Of a stretch of 32,000 bases of DNA, positions 24,880 to 31,849 are shown piece after piece. Numbering within the stretch: position 1 is the first letter of the stretch; each line of letters starts with the position of its first letter. The notes beneath the pieces were generated by a model. It had not been told where the DNA came from. It was given only the letters and a program-made list of their open reading frames with translations, and searched no databases. Source of the stretch: an uncultured Candidatus Saccharimonas sp. (lineage in GTDB: Bacteria; Patescibacteriota; Saccharimonadia; Saccharimonadales; Saccharimonadaceae); NCBI GenBank assembly GCA_963528875.1, contig CAURWT010000003.1, positions 30,001 through 62,000 on the forward strand, given 5' to 3'. The position numbers and the translations under genes are program-made.

Positions 24880-24912
24880 AAAATCGCTCAAATTTTGGGC
24901 GATTTTGTTTTT
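24880..24912 (+). terminator. Intrinsic terminator (copy 2 of the 27-nt repeated element)
   Basis: AAAATCGCTCAAATTTTGGGCGATTTT (24880-24906) then GTTTTTT. Confidence 0.7.
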
Positions 24913-24932
24913 TATAAAATGTATTACTACTA

Positions 24933-24961
24933 TTGACTTTATTTTATTATTATGTTATTAT
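24933..24961 (+). promoter_or_regulatory. Promoter of the 25023 gene
   Basis: TTGACT (24933-24938), 17 bp, TGT-TATTAT (24956-24961). Confidence 0.45.
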
Positions 24962-25022
24962 ATTATCCTAGAGTTTGAGATGACTTTAGGCGAAGGTTAT
25001 AAAGTCTTATCAAAGGAATCTT

Positions 25023-25520
25023 ATGGAGAAAAACTTAAATAAATCAAAAACTCAACAATATCTTTTAGATAATGCTTATGCTGAATGGGCGCTAAACGCA
25101 AATAAGGGTTTTCGAAAACAACCGTCTTATAACAAATATTATACATTGAAATCATCGCCGGAAAATGTTAAAAGAGCAATAGATGATTTAGATTTATCAA
25201 ATCTCGCTCTCGTTGATGAAGGGCGGCTGAATGATAGTTATGATCCAAATTTGGCACATGATGGTGGAGGTTATGATCAACCCTGGGAATTATATTCCGA
25301 TGGAAGATATGAAATTTTAAGCCACGACCTTAATGTAGGTGATTTTGGGATAGGTGATCAACATCTAACGATTTATACCGACAATATTGAAGTAGCAGGC
25401 GCGCATTATTTGGATTTTGGAGCGGAAGAGCAGCATATTATCGAAGAGCTCAAAACTATTTTTTGGGTACGAGATATTCTCAAAAATCAGCTAAACCACA
25501 AAAATACTAAAATAGAATAA
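25023..25520 (+). CDS. Hypothetical acidic cytoplasmic protein
   Basis: 165 aa ORF, no TM or signal sequence, AAGGAA SD, own promoter. No motif recognised. Confidence 0.5.
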   Translation: MEKNLNKSKTQQYLLDNAYAEWALNANKGFRKQPSYNKYYTLKSSPENVKRAIDDLDLSNLALVDEGRLNDSYDPNLAHDGGGYDQPWELYSDGRYEILSHDLNVGDFGIGDQHLTIYTDNIEVAGAHYLDFGAEEQHIIEELKTIFWVRDILKNQLNHKNTKIE

Positions 25521-25641
25521 TCATTCTTCTATTTTTAATTACTTTCTGAATCTGTGCGGTATCCCTAACTGCTATTAGTATGAACACCCTAGAGTTCTAC
25601 TAATATAGCAATAGCCTTAGCTGAAACGGATCCGCTATATT

Positions 25642-26074
25642 TTAAATAGTATCCGTCATCATCGTTTTTTCACAAACCGTGCCAAGAACGATATTCCAAC
25701 TGCCCGGCCTATGCTAATAACTGTCAAGTTCACTATATGTAACAATTTGGGTTGTAGTAGAATTAAAGGAGCCGAAGTTGTCGATATGACCATTAGGATG
25801 ATCATTTAAGTATTGGCTTTTGTTCTAATAAGGTTTAAGTTTTGTCCAAGCATCGTTATTTCCATTAAAGGGATCCCTACCGCCATTATTAGCCCTAAAT
25901 TGAATAACTGCAGCCAAAATAATTGCGGGCATTATTTTTTCTTGCCGTATATCTTTGAGATTACCCAAGAGCAGGTACGGCAAGAAACATCATTAAAAAT
26001 ATCAGCCCAGCCACTGCAAGAACTAAAATAATTTTAATAATTGTAAAACCATGGTTAAGCTTATATTTTTTATA
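25642..26074 (-). pseudogene. Decayed type IV pilin paralog
   Basis: Minus strand reads YKKYKLNH-GFTIIKIILVLAVAGLIFLMMFLAVPALG-TAA-SQRYTARK..., versus the intact pilin MKKLKLNS-GFTIIEVVLVLAIAGLIFLMVFLALPALQRSQRDTQRK. ATG replaced by TAT (26072-26074), in-frame TAA at 25961-25963, a frameshift in the A-run near 25931-25941 (next frame KIMPAIILAAVIQFRANNGG resembles ...IPKIAAILEESRTNNKG), and further TAG stops. Confidence 0.7.
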
Positions 26075-26209
26075 GTTTTAATTATATTACCCCCTAAAAT
26101 CAAGTTTATTGACTAAAGTATATTTTTTTGTTAGTATGTTTACATAGATATTTGTTAAAATAGTTAAAAACTGATTTTTATTGTAATTTTCATGTATTTA
26201 GGAAATAAA

Positions 26210-27199
26210 ATGATTCTTGGGATTGATGAAGTTGGTCGTGGAGCGTGGGCTGGGCCTTTGGTTGTAGGTGCTTGCGTTTTGAATGGTGCCAAAATTGAAG
26301 GGCTAACAGATTCGAAAGCTCTTTCTAAAAAGCAGCGCGAGAATTTAGCAAAAGGAATTGATGAAAGTTCTGCAATTGTTGGCTTGGGTTGGGTTTCGAA
26401 CGATGAGATTGATGAAATTGGTTTAAGTGCTGCGTTAAAACTTGCAACAAGGCGAGCTGTTAAGGAAGTGCAGCTAAAATGTAAAAAACAAAATATTAAA
26501 TTTGATGAAATTATTATTGATGGCACTGTAAATTTCTTGGCTGGCACGCCACTTGAAAAATACGCCTCCACTCTTAAAAAGGCTGATTTACTAATTTCAA
26601 GTGTTTCTGCGGCTGCAATTTATGCAAAAGTTGCGAGGGATAATTTTATGGCAGAGCTTTCGAAAAAACCTGAGTTTGCACCATTTGGTTTTGAGAGCCA
26701 CGCGGGCTATGGGACATCAAAACATAGAGCGGCTTTATCTGAATTTGGAGTGAGCAAAGTTCATCGCAAAAGTTTTAAACCTATTGCGGAATTTTTAGAA
26801 AATTCTAAAAATAAGAATATGAATACCTTTAAGGTGAAGAAAGCTGAAAAAATTACCACAAAAGAGCTTGGTGATAAGGCTGAGGATTTTGTGACGGAAT
26901 TCCTAAAACAAGAAAAGCACGAGATTTTGGCGCGAAATTGGCGAACAAAATTTTGTGAAATTGATATTGTTTCAAAATATGGTGAAAATTACTATTTTAC
27001 AGAAGTTAAATTTCGAAAAAATAATGATTTTGGCGGTGGAGAGGCTGCAATTTTAAAGAATAAGGTTGATCAAATGAGATTTGCGGCAGAATTTTTTGCC
27101 TATAAAAATAAGTTAAAAAATAGAGAGATGCGGCTTTCTGTGGCAATAGTTGAGGGTGAGAATTTTAAAAAGTTTGATTGGTTTGAAATTACCGATTAG
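26210..27199 (+). CDS. rnhB: Fusion protein: ribonuclease HII (N-terminal) + YraN/UPF0102-family endonuclease-like domain (C-terminal)
   Basis: MILGIDEVGRGAWAGPLVVGACVL...TDSKALS...IIDG...SVSAAAIYAKVARD...HAGYGT..H...HRKSFKP is RNase HII. After a ~20-aa linker, LGDKAEDFVTEFLKQEKHEILARNWRTKFCEIDIVSKYGENYYFTEVKFRK...FGGGEAAI...K matches the YraN pattern. ATG 26210 follows AGGAAA. Confidence 0.8.
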   Translation: MILGIDEVGRGAWAGPLVVGACVLNGAKIEGLTDSKALSKKQRENLAKGIDESSAIVGLGWVSNDEIDEIGLSAALKLATRRAVKEVQLKCKKQNIKFDEIIIDGTVNFLAGTPLEKYASTLKKADLLISSVSAAAIYAKVARDNFMAELSKKPEFAPFGFESHAGYGTSKHRAALSEFGVSKVHRKSFKPIAEFLENSKNKNMNTFKVKKAEKITTKELGDKAEDFVTEFLKQEKHEILARNWRTKFCEIDIVSKYGENYYFTEVKFRKNNDFGGGEAAILKNKVDQMRFAAEFFAYKNKLKNREMRLSVAIVEGENFKKFDWFEITD

Positions 27200-27873
27200 C
27201 AATTTTGCAAAATATTTTGCATTGCTGATTTTTCAGAGGCAGTTACCCAAATTGAGTATTTTTTCTTGATTGAAATTTGGCGAGAAATATATTCACAGCG
27301 AAAATCTTTATTTGAGGGAAGCCAAGAGGCGGCGTCAGAATCACCTTTTTGCTGATTGGCTGGGCCATCTGAAGCTAAAAGATTTAGCGGATCATTCGCA
27401 AATTCGATTCGTTTTTCTTTCGAAAATTGTTGAGCGCCTTTTTGCCAAGCATCAGAAAGTGCAACAATGTGGTCGATTTGAACAGCAGAAGTATTTTGCT
27501 TGCGTGAAAAATCAATTTCTTTACCAGTGTAAGGGTCTTTTAGGGTTCCGCTTAAAATTTTGCAGTCTGAATTTTCTACAACATTTATTAAATCACGTTT
27601 TAAAATACGGTTTCGTGTATCGCAACCACTAGAATCTTTTGCCCAGCCTTTACCAAATTGCTCGCGAGAATAACCAGTTTTTGGTGAACGGCCTTTAACT
27701 TCAAGTGAGTTTAAATCGGTTAAAGAAGTTTGAAAATCTGATTTTTTGTTTGAATTTGGTTTTGAAGTTTGCCAAAAATCTGGATTTGCTAAAATTGCTG
27801 CAATTGCGATCGTGGCTATAAAAAATAAACCAAAAATTCTCCTTCTTCGAAAAATGCTTTGCTTTTTTCTCAT
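27196..27873 (-). CDS. Membrane-anchored/secreted HNH-type nuclease (DUF1524, GmrSD C-terminal-like)
   Basis: 225 aa. N-terminal anchor IFGLFFIATIAIAAILA. GYSREQFGKGWAKDSSGCDTRNRILKRDL...VQIDHIVALSDAWQKGA...NDPLNLLASDGPANQQKGDSDAASWLP is the DUF1524 His-Me finger pattern. Confidence 0.7.
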   Translation of the reverse strand: MRKKQSIFRRRRIFGLFFIATIAIAAILANPDFWQTSKPNSNKKSDFQTSLTDLNSLEVKGRSPKTGYSREQFGKGWAKDSSGCDTRNRILKRDLINVVENSDCKILSGTLKDPYTGKEIDFSRKQNTSAVQIDHIVALSDAWQKGAQQFSKEKRIEFANDPLNLLASDGPANQQKGDSDAASWLPSNKDFRCEYISRQISIKKKYSIWVTASEKSAMQNILQNC

Positions 27874-27908
27874 AAAAATATTATAATGGTTATGATATGA
27901 TTTTTCAA
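27859..27908. promoter_or_regulatory. Back-to-back overlapping divergent promoters sharing a palindromic -10 region
   Basis: Plus: TTGCTT (27859-27864), 17 bp, TATAAT (27882-27887), 9 nt, ATG 27897. Minus: TTGAAA (27908-27903), 17 bp, TATAAT (27885-27880), 6 nt, ATG 27873. The -10 boxes overlap in ATTATAAT (27880-27887). Each -35 lies inside the other gene. Confidence 0.55.
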
Positions 27909-28889
27909 CATAAAACTTTTTGGAGAGTAGCTCGAACTTTAGTCGTTATTGCTGTTCTTGGTGGTGTAGCATTTTTTGTGCTATCTAATCAACGCGGGAT
28001 CCGTGATTATTTTGCAGCACAAAATTATAAGCCAGATTCTGAAATTTTAAAAATAGAAAATAAAATTAAACTAACCACTAATGCTAAGACAATTTTTTAC
28101 GCTTCTAACCCAAAGGTTGAAGATTCGGAGGAATTTAATAAAAATTGCAAAAATCGTGAAGAAGATTCAGCAATTTTGGGGTGTTATAAGTTGGGTAAAA
28201 TTCATCTTTATGATGTAAAAAACTCGAAACTTGACGGTATAAAAGAGGTAACGGCAGCTCACGAGCTTTTGCATGCAATTTGGGAGCGAATGAGCTTGAG
28301 TGAACGAGATAAGATTGGCAAACTGCTTAATGCTGAGTATGAGAGGGTTAAGGATGCAGATTTCGAAAAGCTGATGCAGTCTTATGATCGGACTGAGCCT
28401 GGTGAGCGAATCAATGAGCTTCATTCCTTAATTGGCACGGAGCAGCTGGAAATTTCGAAAGAGCTCGAAGAGCATTATGTTAAGTTTTTTAAAAATCGTA
28501 GGGAAATCGCTCAGATCTATCAAAGTTATAATAAAAACTTTAAAGATTTAAAAAACCGAACAGAATCTTTGACTGCGGAGCTTGAAAAAATGAAGCCAGA
28601 GATTGAACAATCTACGAAAAAATACTCTGAATATTCTAAAGAATTGGAGGAAGATATTGCTGAGTTTAATAATGATGCTAAAACTAGAAAGTATGAAACT
28701 CAGGCAGAATTTAACGCTGACCGTGCAAAGTTATTGCGAAGAATTCGAAATCTTGAGACTTCGAGGCTGAAAATTAATGATTTAGTGAATAGTTATAATT
28801 CAAAAATTAATGAACTTAATGAAGTTTCAGTCCAGCAAAATGAACTCTATAAAAGTATGAGTTCAAATTTAAATTCACCAAGTTTATAG
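27897..28889 (+). CDS. Membrane-anchored HExxH protein (putative zinc metallopeptidase) with C-terminal coiled coil
   Basis: 330 aa. TM helix TLVVIAVLGGVAFFVL, motif TAAHELLHAIWE (HExxH). The last ~140 aa are heptad-like and E/K-rich. Family not recognised. Confidence 0.55.
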   Translation: MIFQHKTFWRVARTLVVIAVLGGVAFFVLSNQRGIRDYFAAQNYKPDSEILKIENKIKLTTNAKTIFYASNPKVEDSEEFNKNCKNREEDSAILGCYKLGKIHLYDVKNSKLDGIKEVTAAHELLHAIWERMSLSERDKIGKLLNAEYERVKDADFEKLMQSYDRTEPGERINELHSLIGTEQLEISKELEEHYVKFFKNRREIAQIYQSYNKNFKDLKNRTESLTAELEKMKPEIEQSTKKYSEYSKELEEDIAEFNNDAKTRKYETQAEFNADRAKLLRRIRNLETSRLKINDLVNSYNSKINELNEVSVQQNELYKSMSSNLNSPSL

Positions 28890-28925
28890 TTTTCAAAAAA
28901 GATTTATTGTGATAAAATATTAGTT

Positions 28926-30278
28926 GTGGCGAAGTTAAAAACAAAATTTGTATGTCAAAATTGTGGAGCTTCTTATCCTAAATGGTCGGGAAAATGTGAA
29001 AACTGTGGCCATTGGAATACCTTGGTTGAGCAAGTTGAAGAAGTATTAGGAAAAAACGCAATCAGTAAAAGTGCGAAAACTGGTTGCATTTTGAATGTGC
29101 AAGATTTGAATGAAGTTATTTCTGAAAAAAAACAAGAAAGAATTTCGAGTGGTATAAGAGATCTTGATATTGTTCTAGGCGGTGGAATTTTGCCAGCAGG
29201 AGTGCTTTTGATTGCGGGGCAGCCTGGAATCGGAAAATCTACGCTCTTAATGCAGATTTCAGCTTTTATTGCTGGTTCGAAAAATGTTTTGTATGTTTCA
29301 GGTGAAGAATCGGCAGAGCAAGTAGCATTGCGTGCAAAAAGGCTTGGTGCTTCTAAAGCTAAAAATCTTAAATTTGCTGCCTCAACTTCAGCTGATGATA
29401 TCTCAGCAACAATTCGTGGGGGTGGTTTTGATTTAGTTATTATTGATTCAATTCAGACTTTGGCGATGGAAGAAATCTCGAGCGCACCGGGAACTGTTTC
29501 ACAAATTACGAATTCTTCTAATTTAATAATTCAAGCAGCTAAAATCTCTGGAACTGCCGTAATCTTAGTTGGCCATATTACAAAAGAAGGTTCAATCGCT
29601 GGGCCAAAAACACTTGAGCATCTAGTTGATGTAGTTTTAAACTTCGAAGGTGACCGATATGGTGGCTTTAAAGTTGTGCGTGCAGTAAAAAATCGCTATG
29701 GTTCAACTAGTGAGGCGGCGATTTTTGAAATGGTTGATAACGGTTTAAGAATTGTAGAAAACCCTTCGGCAGCACTTTTAGCTGAGCGCCAAAATACGGA
29801 TGGCTCGATAATTATGGCAACTCTAGAAGGAACTCGCCCGATTTTGGTTGAGATTCAGGCTTTAGTAACAACCTCAAATTTTGGGTATCCAAAACGGGCA
29901 GCAAGTGGATTTGATATAAATCGCCTCAATTTATTGATCGCAGTTCTTCAGCGACGAACTAAACTTGATTTAAGTGATAAAGATATTCACATAAATGTGG
30001 TTGGGGGGTTAAAACTTGATGACCGAGCGGCCGACTTGGCCGTTACGATGGCGATTGCTTCGGCGGCCGCAAAGCGAAAACTCTCTGACGGTGTAGTAGT
30101 TTTTGGTGAAGTTGGCTTGGGTGGTGAAATTCGAACAGTGATTCAAGCTGAAAGAAGAATCTCTGAAGCAAAGAGGCTTGGATTTAACAATGTTCTTGCT
30201 CCAAAAAAATCTTCGAAAGATAACATCGTGACATCTGTTCGTGATTTGCGAGAAGCTTTAATTAAATATTTACAATAA
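28926..30278 (+). CDS. radA: DNA repair protein RadA/Sms
   Basis: 450 aa. Zinc ribbon CQNCGASYPKWSGKCENCGHWNT, Walker A GQPGIGKST, KNRYG motif, Lon-like C-domain. GTG start 7 nt after TGATAAAAT (-10 at 28913-28918). Confidence 0.93.
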   Translation: MAKLKTKFVCQNCGASYPKWSGKCENCGHWNTLVEQVEEVLGKNAISKSAKTGCILNVQDLNEVISEKKQERISSGIRDLDIVLGGGILPAGVLLIAGQPGIGKSTLLMQISAFIAGSKNVLYVSGEESAEQVALRAKRLGASKAKNLKFAASTSADDISATIRGGGFDLVIIDSIQTLAMEEISSAPGTVSQITNSSNLIIQAAKISGTAVILVGHITKEGSIAGPKTLEHLVDVVLNFEGDRYGGFKVVRAVKNRYGSTSEAAIFEMVDNGLRIVENPSAALLAERQNTDGSIIMATLEGTRPILVEIQALVTTSNFGYPKRAASGFDINRLNLLIAVLQRRTKLDLSDKDIHINVVGGLKLDDRAADLAVTMAIASAAAKRKLSDGVVVFGEVGLGGEIRTVIQAERRISEAKRLGFNNVLAPKKSSKDNIVTSVRDLREALIKYLQ

Positions 30279-30286
30279 AGGAAAGT

Positions 30287-31174
30287 ATGGAAACATTTTT
30301 ACTATTTTTAATTTTATTTATTGTGTGCGGAATTTGGTTTGATTCGAAAAATGATAAACCGTTGATTTCAAAAACAAAAAAACAAGTATTGGTTGATACA
30401 TCAATTTTAATTGATGGCCGATTTTTAGCAGTAGCAAGAACTGGATTTATTAATTTTGATATTCTGATTCCGCGGAGTGTAGTTGGTGAGCTTCAAATTT
30501 TGGCGGATGGTGGCGATGATGAAAAACGAGTTCGTGCAAGATATGGCTTGGATATTATTTCAGCTCTTCAAAATGAAGAAAAAATAACTGTAAGCATTTT
30601 GGCGGATGGAAATTCTGCGGCAGAAGGGGTGGATAATCGTTTGATTTCGCTAGCTAAAAAAATGAATGCTAATATCTTAACGGCAGATTACAACTTGAAT
30701 AAAGTTGCAAAAGTTGAGGGAATTGAAGTTTTAAATATTAATGAGCTAGTGCAGTCGGTTCGTGCAGATTATTTACCGGGCGAAAAAATTATGCTTGAAA
30801 TTACTCAAAAAGGTAATGAGAAAAAACAAGGAATTGGGCATTTACCAGATGGCACGATGGTTGTAGTTGAGAACGGCGAAGGATTGATCGGCACGATTAG
30901 TGAAGTTGAATTTATTCGTTCACTTCAAACTGCCGCAGGGAAGATGATGTTTGCGCGACCTGCTGGTGTTAAGGTTTCGAAAGTTGAGACTCAAAAGAGT
31001 AAAGGGCGAGCGCCAGTTTTAAAAAATGCAACAGGCGAAAAAAAATCGAAAGAATCTTCTAAAAAATCAAAAAATATTAAGCAGAATTCGAAATCTAAAA
31101 CTAAAACTCAAACTCGTCATCGAACTCAAAAAACAGTAGAAGACAGTTTAGTTAAGCTTGCTAATCGTGATTAG
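30287..31174 (+). CDS. PIN/TRAM domain protein (YacL-like) with N-terminal TM helix and K/S-rich tail
   Basis: 295 aa. VLVDTSILIDGRF...PRSVVGELQ...LTADYNLNKVA (PIN acidic residues), then GEKIMLEITQKGNEKKQGIGHLPDGTMVVVENG (TRAM-like). A radA-adjacent yacL-type gene is a known arrangement in Firmicutes. Confidence 0.75.
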   Translation: METFLLFLILFIVCGIWFDSKNDKPLISKTKKQVLVDTSILIDGRFLAVARTGFINFDILIPRSVVGELQILADGGDDEKRVRARYGLDIISALQNEEKITVSILADGNSAAEGVDNRLISLAKKMNANILTADYNLNKVAKVEGIEVLNINELVQSVRADYLPGEKIMLEITQKGNEKKQGIGHLPDGTMVVVENGEGLIGTISEVEFIRSLQTAAGKMMFARPAGVKVSKVETQKSKGRAPVLKNATGEKKSKESSKKSKNIKQNSKSKTKTQTRHRTQKTVEDSLVKLANRD

Positions 31175-31229
31175 CAGTTGAACTTTTGAGGTTTTTTTGC
31201 TAAAATTAAAGAATAAAAGAAAGGAAAAT

Positions 31230-31760
31230 ATGGCAGATTTTAATAAAATTTTAACTCCTGGTGATTATAAAAATGGAATTATTAATGTTGTGGTTGAAAT
31301 CCCAACTGGCTCAACTCATAAAATTGAATGGAACCGCGATTTGGCCGTAATGCAGCTTGACCGTGTCGAGCCAAAAGCTTTTGCGAAGCCAACGAATTAT
31401 GGTTTTATTCCGCAAACTTTGGATGAAGATGGTGATGAGCTTGATGTTTTACTTATTACAAATGACCCACTTACAACTGGAATTTTCTTGGAAGCACGAA
31501 TCTTGGGTGTAATGAAATTCGTTGATGATGGAGAAGTTGACGACAAAATTATTGCCGTGCCTGCTGATGACCGTGATACTGGAAATGCTTATAAAACTTT
31601 GGCTGATTTACCAGAGCAACTTATTAAACAAATTGAATTTCACTTTAATCACTACAAAGATTTGAAAAAAGCTGGAACTACGAAAGTTGAAAAATTTGGC
31701 GACATTGAAGAAGCAAAAGAAGTTATTGCAGAATCAATTGCACGCTGGAACGAGAAATAA
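31230..31760 (+). CDS. ppa: Inorganic pyrophosphatase (family I)
   Basis: 176 aa from ATG 31230 (AAAGGAAAA SD). VVVEIPTGSTHKIEW, YGFIPQT, EDGDELDVLL and DDKIIAV are family I PPase motifs. The TTG at 31197 is rejected. Confidence 0.9.
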   Translation: MADFNKILTPGDYKNGIINVVVEIPTGSTHKIEWNRDLAVMQLDRVEPKAFAKPTNYGFIPQTLDEDGDELDVLLITNDPLTTGIFLEARILGVMKFVDDGEVDDKIIAVPADDRDTGNAYKTLADLPEQLIKQIEFHFNHYKDLKKAGTTKVEKFGDIEEAKEVIAESIARWNEK

Positions 31761-31818
31761 TTATTGATTGAAATTGGGCTTACGGGCTTGATTTTGAGGA
31801 TTAAAATAATATAAATAA

Positions 31819-31849
31819 AAACTGAGCGTATGCTCAGTTTATTTTTTTT
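31819..31849. terminator. Bidirectional terminator
   Basis: AAACTGAGC-GTAT-GCTCAGTTT followed by ATTTTTTTT, with an A-run on the other side. Confidence 0.7.

Noticed and set aside
25813-26031. 72-aa plus-strand ORF
   Set aside because: It lies antisense to the recognisable pilin pseudogene, starts at a non-ATG codon, has no SD or promoter, and its composition is implausible.
2206-28424. Remaining short antisense or overlapping ORFs from the track (for example 2206-2466, 2764-3003, 3364-3585, 3817-4020, 4841-5023, 9955-10341, 10014-10199, 10094-10297, 10395-10586, 11495-11740, 12128-12346, 12318-12509, 13643-13990, 14672-14854, 15029-15259, 15924-16124, 16490-16744, 17057-17284, 17251-17487, 17523-17711, 18303-18491, 19003-19242, 20691-20876, 21083-21304, 21461-21661, 22561-23043, 24083-24292, 24444-24704, 24469-24669, 24662-24871, 26164-26571, 27270-27632, 28167-28424)
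   Set aside because: All lie inside or opposite longer ORFs with recognisable conserved products or clear phage context. They lack start signals and have the skewed composition typical of shadow frames in AT-rich DNA.
31197-31229. Non-ATG upstream starts given by the ORF track (ppa TTG 31197; also rplS GTG 20232, pilin TTG 20740, rnhB ATG 26192, 116-aa ORF GTG 18448, 77-aa ORF GTG 5439)
   Set aside because: In each case a downstream ATG has better SD or -10 spacing and matches the usual N-terminus of the family (MADFNK for PPase, MSFELIKK for L19, MKKLKLNSGFT for the prepilin, MILGIDEVGRG for RNase HII).
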